In this document: positions 1 to 5,919 of the stretch, one piece after another
Numbering within the stretch: position 1 is the first letter of the stretch
Layout of the letters: each line of letters begins with the position of its first letter
Source of the DNA: Candidatus Muiribacteriota bacterium
GTDB lineage: Bacteria > Muiribacteriota > Muiribacteriia > Muiribacteriales > Muiribacteriaceae
DNA: 21,801 nucleotides
Direction of reading: 5' to 3'
Assembly: GCA_051747805.1 (NCBI GenBank)
Contig: JBNJGP010000035.1
Span: forward strand, 5,277 to 27,077
Position numbers and translations under genes: made by a program
Notes under the pieces: generated by a model
Told to the model about the DNA's origin: nothing
The model's input: only the letters and a program-made list of their open reading frames with translations
Databases searched by the model: none

Positions 1-1
1 T

Positions 2-99
2 TAGACTGCTGAATTTATTCAGCTTAACTTGGTCGTAGACCATTTACTATCACCAATAGGTGATTTTACTAGACTGAAAGTCTTTTACCTGCGAAGCAG
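2..99. repeat. Mini-hairpin array A (5 palindromes joined by TTTACT-like linkers); probably continues left of the window
   Basis: Read directly: TAGACT, GCTGAA-ttta-TTCAGC (8-23), TTAACT, TGGTC-gta-GACCA (30-42), TTTACT, ATCACC-aata-GGTGAT (49-64), TTTACT, AGACT-gaa-AGTCT (71-83), TTTAC, CTGC-gaa-GCAG (89-99). Confidence 0.9.
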
Positions 100-110
100 C
101 TGATTGTGCT

Positions 111-137
111 TGTCATACCGGGCTTGACCCGGTATCT
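111..137. repeat. REP-like GC-rich palindrome (TGTCATACCGGGCTTGACCCGGTATCT)
   Basis: 8-bp stem ATACCGGG (115-122) / CCCGGTAT (128-135) with loop CTTGA, preceded by TGTC. From recall, it resembles dispersed 'GTCAT..CCGGGCTTGACCCGG..ATC' palindromic elements of several bacteria. Only one copy is in this window. Confidence 0.6.
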
Positions 138-173
138 AGCTTTTGTGAATCACATAAAAATGAGAGGGTATTT

Positions 174-1997
174 ATGACTAAAAAAACCAAAATAATATTA
201 ATAATTGTTCTCAGTACAATTTTGCTTCTTGCAAGCGAAGATGGTGCAATAAATCTTAATTCAATTAATACTGGACAGACTTCAGATTCTGTTGTGGTTG
301 AGCTTGAGTTCAGCGATACGGTAAAAAAATATACAACAAATACCCAGGGAAATAATATAATAGTTGATATAGTAGATAGCAATCTTAAAATGCCTGATGT
401 TCCAATTCAGGTTCAAGTGGATAATCTTAATATTATTCAGCCTATGCAGCTTAAAAAATCCCCTCCTGTTACAAGAGTAATACTGGTTAAAAACAATCAG
501 GCTGAATACACATCTCTTTCAAGAGGGAACAAAATAATTATAAATTTTTTAAAAGAAACAGATAACTCAGAAAGAATGGAAAAAACTTTAGAGCAGGAGC
601 TTGGGCTAAAAGATACATCAGAAAATGATATAACAAACTATTGGGACGGATCTAGCACTGAAGTTAAAACAAATGAAGCATCTGAAGAGGTAACTTCTTC
701 AAAACAGCCTGTAAGTCCTAAAAACAGAACCGATGATGATACAATCAGTTTTAATTTTTCGGGAATGAGTTTAAGAGAAATTTTTGAAACTCTTTCTAAT
801 TTGACGGGGAAAAATATTATTGTTGACGGGGATGTAAAAGATAGGGAAATAAATCTATTTATTCAGAATTTACCAGTTGATGAGGCTTTAAATCTTGTTA
901 TAACTTCTACGGGTCTTTCTATGAATAATTTTAATCACAATACTTTTATAATATCTGAAAAAGAAAGAGCACAGGAAATACATGTAATGAGAAGACAGAA
1001 AGTTTTCAGGTTAACTAATTCAAGTGCCCAGGAAGTGATAAGCCTGATTTCTTCAAATAATCGATTAAAAGAAATAATCGATACTTCAAACCTTTCAGTA
1101 GATACAAGAATTAATGCAATTTTAGCCTATGATACAGAAGAAAATCTCAAGCTTCTGGGTGAAATTATTGAAGATATTGATAAAAAAGAAGGTCAGGTAA
1201 CAATCGAGCTTCATCTTGTTGAAATGAACAGGACAGACTTAAATAACTTTGGCTTTGACATTGAAGATTTTCCGTTAACTCCGATGAATATGGATATTTT
1301 AAACCTTCCTTCTGACGTTTCAATTTATGGCCAGCTTGAGGCGCTTGCCAGCGAAGAAAGGGCAAATATTCTTTCTTCACCAAAAATACGTGTAGTGCAT
1401 GGTAGAAAGGCTGATTTTGAAATAGGTGATGAAATACCTGTTCCTTATTACTCATATCAAGAAGCGCATAAATTTGTTCATGAAAGTGGCAAAGATTTAA
1501 GAGTTGTTGAACCGCTTAAAAATTTCACAAAGGCTAATGTTGGAATAAAATTAGAGGTTGAGCCATATATACATGATAATAACGAAGTTAGTTTAGACCT
1601 TGATATATCTGTTTCGGATTTAATTAAAATAGATGATGAAGGACAGCCCTACACTTCAAATAGAAACACAACAACTCATGTAAGGCTTAAAGATAAAGAA
1701 ACTGCGGTGCTTGGCGGACTTATTAAGCAGGAAGAAAAAAAATCAGATAGAAGAGTTCCAGGATTACAGAATATACCTATACTACGCTCTATTTTTAGAA
1801 GTCGTAAAACAGAACAGACTAATCAGGAAATGCTAATGTTTATAACTCCGCATTTTGTTAACAGAGATGATGAACCGGATAATATTGGAGTTACAAAACC
1901 AGGCGAGGGTAAAAAGGATAATTTTTCGCAGAACGAAAAGAAAAGCAGCGATGAGTATTATGATGTAATAGGGGAAATAAAGCAGATATCTAAATGA
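174..1997 (+). CDS. Type IV pilus/T2SS secretin, PilQ-like (signal peptide, AMIN-like, STN/N0, N3, secretin domain)
   Basis: N-terminal signal peptide; AMIN-like segment (VVVELEFS...NIIVDI...VTRVILV); STN-like ISFNFSGMSLREIFETLSNLTGKNIIVD; N3-like VDTRINAILAYD; secretin motifs QVTIELHLVE, ILSSPKIRV, VGIKLEVEPYI, ETAVLGGLI, VPGLQNIPILRSIF, EMLMFITPHFV. SD-like GAGAGGG at 162-168. Confidence 0.93.
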   Translation: MTKKTKIILIIVLSTILLLASEDGAINLNSINTGQTSDSVVVELEFSDTVKKYTTNTQGNNIIVDIVDSNLKMPDVPIQVQVDNLNIIQPMQLKKSPPVTRVILVKNNQAEYTSLSRGNKIIINFLKETDNSERMEKTLEQELGLKDTSENDITNYWDGSSTEVKTNEASEEVTSSKQPVSPKNRTDDDTISFNFSGMSLREIFETLSNLTGKNIIVDGDVKDREINLFIQNLPVDEALNLVITSTGLSMNNFNHNTFIISEKERAQEIHVMRRQKVFRLTNSSAQEVISLISSNNRLKEIIDTSNLSVDTRINAILAYDTEENLKLLGEIIEDIDKKEGQVTIELHLVEMNRTDLNNFGFDIEDFPLTPMNMDILNLPSDVSIYGQLEALASEERANILSSPKIRVVHGRKADFEIGDEIPVPYYSYQEAHKFVHESGKDLRVVEPLKNFTKANVGIKLEVEPYIHDNNEVSLDLDISVSDLIKIDDEGQPYTSNRNTTTHVRLKDKETAVLGGLIKQEEKKSDRRVPGLQNIPILRSIFRSRKTEQTNQEMLMFITPHFVNRDDEPDNIGVTKPGEGKKDNFSQNEKKSSDEYYDVIGEIKQISK

Positions 1998-2009
1998 AGT
2001 TAAAAGCAT

Positions 2010-2110
2010 CTGCTTCGCAGGTGAAAAGCTTTCAGCTTAGTAAAATCACTTGAAGGTGATAGTAAAGTTATCTAACGATAACAGTAAAGTAAATTAAAAT
2101 TTACAGTATT
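2010..2110. repeat. Mini-hairpin array B (5 palindromes, AGTAAA linkers; inverted relative to array A)
   Basis: CTGC-ttc-GCAG (2010-2020), GTGAA, AAGCT-ttc-AGCTT (2026-2038), AGTAAA, ATCACT-tgaa-GGTGAT (2045-2060; one T-G), AGTAAA, GTTATC-taac-GATAAC (2067-2082), AGTAAA, GTAAAT-taaa-ATTTAC (2089-2104), AGTATT. Confidence 0.9.
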
Positions 2111-2161
2111 AAAACGTGTGGTCTGCTATTATCTGCTTTCGTCTAATGTCTGTTTTTATCT

Positions 2162-2224
2162 GTCAGCTTTAGCTGACTTTACTGTCGATGATAATCGACT
2201 TTACTCGACCTCTGGTCGTTTACT
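2162..2224. repeat. Mini-hairpin array C (3 palindromes, TTTACT linkers; faces array B)
   Basis: GTCAGC-ttta-GCTGAC (2162-2177), TTTACT, GTCGAT-gata-ATCGAC (2184-2199), TTTACT, CGACC-tct-GGTCG (2206-2218), TTTACT (2219-2224). Confidence 0.9.
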
Positions 2225-2312
2225 GTTTTAATACACGTTTTAGTCGTCACTAGAAAGTGTTAACTTTTGGTCACTGCTCTTAAGTACCGGTCACCAAAAA
2301 AACAGGTCACGT

Positions 2313-2339
2313 TAAGTTTTATTTCCATATAGTCGATAC
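2313..2339 (+). promoter_or_regulatory. Possible sigma28 (FliA/SigD)-like promoter upstream of the pilin gene
   Basis: TAAG (2313-2316)-N15-GTCGATAC (2332-2339) versus consensus TAAA-N15-GCCGATAA; imperfect match. Confidence 0.3.
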
Positions 2340-2341
2340 AC

Positions 2342-2370
2342 TTGACAGGTTTTTCTTTTTAAGGTAATAT
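2342..2370 (+). promoter_or_regulatory. Sigma70-type promoter for the pilin-like gene
   Basis: Perfect -35 TTGACA (2342-2347), 17-bp spacer, -10 TAATAT (2365-2370). Confidence 0.65.
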
Positions 2371-2496
2371 TAAGAAAGTAAAATCTATTAAAAACAGGTT
2401 TTATTCTTTGACCACGCTCAAAGAACAGTATTGGGTTTAAGGCTGTCAGCAGGGATGGTCTTGAAAATATCAAAAAAACACAAGGAGGTAGTCTTA

Positions 2497-3558
2497 ATGA
2501 TTAGGACTAAGAAAGGTTTTTCTCTTGTGGAACTGGTTATTGCTTTAGGTATTATTATCATAATGACTGGTGCCGCAGCTCTATATCTAGGGGACATCTA
2601 TTTTAGAGCACAAGTAACAAAATCACTAAGTGATATGGAAACAATAGGTAAATCACTTCTTTTGCATGACACAGAAAATGGTGCAGATTTATTTGAAACT
2701 GATTTACCAGCAGAAATTGATGGGATCGAAGAATTTGGCGACAAAGACAACTTGAGAAATTTACTAGGTAATTATCTTGCGGTTCTTCCTATGGACCCAT
2801 GGGGTAATACTTATAAAGTAAATGCTTATGCTGGTTGGATTTCTACATATGCAGGTAACTATCAGATTTCAGGTACTTCAAAGTATGAAAGAAGTATTAA
2901 ATATTATTATCTTCCAGAAGATTTACTTGTTTCAAAAGTTAGAGTTGAAGATAATAACGCAAACTTGGTAGTTGATACAGATGATACATTACGTGTTTAT
3001 TTTACAAAATCAATAAGACCAAATGTTGAAACTGCGAATGTTTTAAACAGAGACGAAGCTGACTTAACTGGTGTAGATGCTTCTGTATCAGGTTTTGGAC
3101 CTCTTGCAGGGGGCGATGATGATGAAGGTCATTTTACTTATCAGGATTTTGTTGGTATAAGACCTGATGGTTTAGTTACACAGATTAATGATTTACATGA
3201 TGAAGGTGCAGACAATGAATCTCCCAATGCAAGATATTCAAGACCAGATGATTCACCTTTTACTTATAATATTTTCTCAAGAGTTTTAGAAGGTAGTATA
3301 AATGCATTACAAACAGGCGGTAATGATCCAATGTTGGATGGTGAAATGTATAATGCTGTTTGGGCTCTTGGTAATGATGTTTATATTCCAACTGGTGTTG
3401 AAGCTGATGAAGATAGAAGCAGAGCTTATATGGTGTGGGAATCAACTCAAGGTTATTTAACTTATAAAACACCTGGTGAAATTAATAGACTTTATTTAAT
3501 GCAACAGTCACCAGAGCTTTCATCAAGAACAGTTCTTTTTATGGACCTTGTTGACTAG
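2497..3558 (+). CDS. Large type IV pilin / GspG-like pseudopilin with extended acidic C-terminal domain (353 aa)
   Basis: Start reassigned to ATG 2497 behind strong SD AAGGAGGT (2482-2489). Class III signal peptide MIRTKKG|FSLVELVIALGIIIIMTGAAAL (G-1, F+1, E+5) and GspG-type LPMDPWGNTY motif. Confidence 0.88.
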   Translation: MIRTKKGFSLVELVIALGIIIIMTGAAALYLGDIYFRAQVTKSLSDMETIGKSLLLHDTENGADLFETDLPAEIDGIEEFGDKDNLRNLLGNYLAVLPMDPWGNTYKVNAYAGWISTYAGNYQISGTSKYERSIKYYYLPEDLLVSKVRVEDNNANLVVDTDDTLRVYFTKSIRPNVETANVLNRDEADLTGVDASVSGFGPLAGGDDDEGHFTYQDFVGIRPDGLVTQINDLHDEGADNESPNARYSRPDDSPFTYNIFSRVLEGSINALQTGGNDPMLDGEMYNAVWALGNDVYIPTGVEADEDRSRAYMVWESTQGYLTYKTPGEINRLYLMQQSPELSSRTVLFMDLVD

Positions 3559-3579
3559 AAATTTCTTTATAAAAAAATC

Positions 3580-3606
3580 AGGGCGCTTTTTGCGCCCTTT
3601 TTTTTT
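3580..3606 (+). terminator. Rho-independent terminator after the pilin gene
   Basis: AGGGCGC-TTTTT-GCGCCCT stem-loop (3580-3598) followed by a T run to 3606. An A run upstream suggests it may be bidirectional. Confidence 0.9.
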
Positions 3607-3612
3607 ATGTGA

Positions 3613-3642
3613 TTGGAATTTTTAATTGAATTATTATATAAT
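3613..3642 (+). promoter_or_regulatory. Candidate sigma70 promoter for the glycosylation operon (near-leaderless start)
   Basis: TTGGAA (3613-3618)-N18-TATAAT (3637-3642); ATG at 3652 with no SD. Confidence 0.4.
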
Positions 3643-3651
3643 ACTTTCGCT

Positions 3652-4512
3652 ATGAATAATAAAGATATCACAATAATAATACCAGTATATAATGAGGAAA
3701 AATCACTTTTACATTTAAAGGATAAAATAAAAAAACTTTCTGTTCAATATAATATTTTATTTGTAAACGATGGATCAAAAGATAATTCTGAAAATATATT
3801 GAAAGAGGCTGGATTTAACGTTGTATCAAACCCGTATAACATTGGATATGGGGGTGCGCTTAAAAAAGGAATACGCGAGACCGAAACCTCTAAAGTTGCT
3901 ATAATGGACGCTGATTTTCAACATCGACCTGAAGATTTAAAAGAAATTATTAAACATTCAGATAAATTCGATATGGTTATTGGGCAGAGAGGGGCTGATT
4001 CTTATTTTCCCCCGCTGAGACGTCCGGGGAAATTTCTGATTAATAAATTCGCCTCCTATGTTGCTGGATTTAAAATTAAAGATATTAATTCAGGTATTCG
4101 TGTTTTTAACCGGTCCGATGTTATGAAGTTTATGAATATTTTACCCAACAGTTTTTCTTTTACAACTACAATAACTCTTTTATATATAAAAGAAGGATTT
4201 TCAATTAAATATATTCCTGTAAAAGTATTAAAAAGAAAGGGTAAAAGCTCGGTTGATATTATTGACGGCTTAAAAACTCTTCTGCTGATTTTACGTACAC
4301 TTCTTTTAATTGGACCTTTAAGATTTTTTTTACCTCTCAGCCTCATTTTTTTTGTAACTGGATGTCTTGAGCTTTATTATGAATATTATTTAAATAATTT
4401 TTTCCACGTTTCTACTTCCAGTATTTTAATTTTTGTAAGTGCTTTACTAGTTTTTTTATTTGGGTTAATATCAGAACAGATTAATGAACTGAAAAGGATA
4501 GATAAAAGTTGA
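3652..4512 (+). CDS. GT2 glycosyltransferase, DPM1/GtrB-like polyprenyl-phosphate sugar synthase
   Basis: IIIPVYNEE, VNDGSKD, NIGYGGALKKG, MDADFQH, DINSGIRVF, RKGKSS motifs and two C-terminal TM helices. ATG 3652 is preferred over TTG 3613. Confidence 0.92.
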   Translation: MNNKDITIIIPVYNEEKSLLHLKDKIKKLSVQYNILFVNDGSKDNSENILKEAGFNVVSNPYNIGYGGALKKGIRETETSKVAIMDADFQHRPEDLKEIIKHSDKFDMVIGQRGADSYFPPLRRPGKFLINKFASYVAGFKIKDINSGIRVFNRSDVMKFMNILPNSFSFTTTITLLYIKEGFSIKYIPVKVLKRKGKSSVDIIDGLKTLLLILRTLLLIGPLRFFLPLSLIFFVTGCLELYYEYYLNNFFHVSTSSILIFVSALLVFLFGLISEQINELKRIDKS

Positions 4513-5408
4513 AAAAATTCACGTTTGTTTTCCGTTTTATTGGTATTTTTTTATTTATTTATTTTGTATATAATGCAGATTATTCCCGTATATTAAATCA
4601 TATTGACAAGCTGGAATGGAAAGATATATTTTTATTTATTTTTTTAATTTTTTTTTCACAGATTGTACGTTCATTACGTTCATATTTAATGTTTAATAAT
4701 TTAAACAACACTAGTTATAATTATTCGTTTAAAGAAAATTTTTTAATCTATCTTACAGGACTTTTTTTTGGGGCCGTTACCCCCTCAAGGGTTGGGGAAA
4801 TTGTTAAAGTGCGTTATCTTAAAAAAATAGGAAAACCGGAAGCTCTTTTTGTGACTGTCGGGGATAGAATATGGGACGCTTTCTATGTTGTTTTTTTTGC
4901 CTGGCTTTCTTTTTTATTTTTAGAAATGTACGCTCTTTTTATATGGAGTACAGTTATTGCAGTTTTAACCTGTGTGATTATTTATGGGTTTTTTAAAAAT
5001 AAAGTTATTCAATATCTACAAAAATATAATTTAAAAAAATTTCTGGATTATTCACCTGCTCAGTATTTTAAAATTATATGGATCACACTGGCCTCAAATC
5101 TTATTTATTTTTACCTTTATTTTTCAATTTTCAGGGCGATTGGGGTGGATTTACCTATTAGCACAATATTCTGGATTCATAATTTTTCTATGATAATAAT
5201 TGTTATGCCAATTTCAATAATGGGTTTTGGAGCCAGAGAGGCTGTTTATATAGGGTTTTTAAATCAACATGGATATTCAAATGAATATTCTATATCTATA
5301 GGGGTTGTGGTGATGGCATTTTATCTTTTGGTTATATTTGTCAGCTTTTTAAGCTGGGCATACCTTGAACATTTTATTAAAAGGAGACCTGAGTTTTATG
5401 AAATTTAA
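4509..5408 (+). CDS. UPF0104 / lysylphosphatidylglycerol-synthase-TM family membrane protein (flippase-like)
   Basis: Multi-TM protein with motifs VRSLR, FFGAVTPSRVGEIVKVRYL, DRIWD, PISIMGFGAREA. TTG start overlaps the GT2 stop (TTGA). Confidence 0.85.
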   Translation: MKKFTFVFRFIGIFLFIYFVYNADYSRILNHIDKLEWKDIFLFIFLIFFSQIVRSLRSYLMFNNLNNTSYNYSFKENFLIYLTGLFFGAVTPSRVGEIVKVRYLKKIGKPEALFVTVGDRIWDAFYVVFFAWLSFLFLEMYALFIWSTVIAVLTCVIIYGFFKNKVIQYLQKYNLKKFLDYSPAQYFKIIWITLASNLIYFYLYFSIFRAIGVDLPISTIFWIHNFSMIIIVMPISIMGFGAREAVYIGFLNQHGYSNEYSISIGVVVMAFYLLVIFVSFLSWAYLEHFIKRRPEFYEI

Positions 5409-5919
5409 ATTTTTATGTACGCTTGTTGTTACTGTTTTTTTTGTTTCAGGATGTGCACCTTATTTTATGCTTGATGAAGAGGGTCGCGTAGAACATATTA
5501 TACAAAAATACAGCAATTATATTAGTAATCAGCAGTATGATAAGGCTTTTGAACACTTAACTTTTATTCATCAGCCGCAGAGTAAGGATTTTGAGATGTT
5601 TAGAATGGCCCAGGATATGCTTGTAAGTTCATGGAATGATATTGAGTATAATATATTAGATATTAATATTTTTGATAATCTGGCATCAGCCGAGGTAAAT
5701 ATGCTTTTTACTCATGAAAACCCGGAGGCTAATCGTGTAAAAGTTAAAACACAGTTTATTTTATATAAGCCTGAAAATTCTGAAATCTGGTTTATTGTTT
5801 CAGGTAACGAGGATTCACGTGAAGTTTTTTTAAATGAGTATGATAATGAAGAAAACATTAAATTAATAAAGGATAAAACTTATATTTCTTCCGATGGTGA
5901 ATGGAAATTACAGGAATAA
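5398..5919 (+). CDS. Lipoprotein, possibly NTF2-like fold (173 aa)
   Basis: SD AGGAG (5382-5386) before ATG 5398; lipobox FVSG|C; 'YSNYISNQQYDKAFEHL...ASAEVNM...WFIV' pattern suggests an NTF2-like fold (inference). Confidence 0.7.
   Translation: MKFKFLCTLVVTVFFVSGCAPYFMLDEEGRVEHIIQKYSNYISNQQYDKAFEHLTFIHQPQSKDFEMFRMAQDMLVSSWNDIEYNILDINIFDNLASAEVNMLFTHENPEANRVKVKTQFILYKPENSEIWFIVSGNEDSREVFLNEYDNEENIKLIKDKTYISSDGEWKLQE

Noticed and set aside
144..154. TGTGA-A-TCACA palindrome as a CRP or Rex site
   Set aside because: The spacer is 1 nt, whereas CRP needs 6 and the Rex spacing does not fit either.
2..2224. Hairpin arrays as a CRISPR array
   Set aside because: The constant part is only 5-6 nt, the period is 19-22 nt, the variable parts are themselves palindromes, and no cas genes are present.
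2431..2496. Upstream TTG start for the pilin ORF
   Set aside because: The strong SD and short class III leader support ATG 2497.
2371..2496. Riboswitch (e.g. c-di-GMP) in the pilin leader
   Set aside because: I found only one simple hairpin and no recognisable aptamer consensus; an Rfam scan would be needed.
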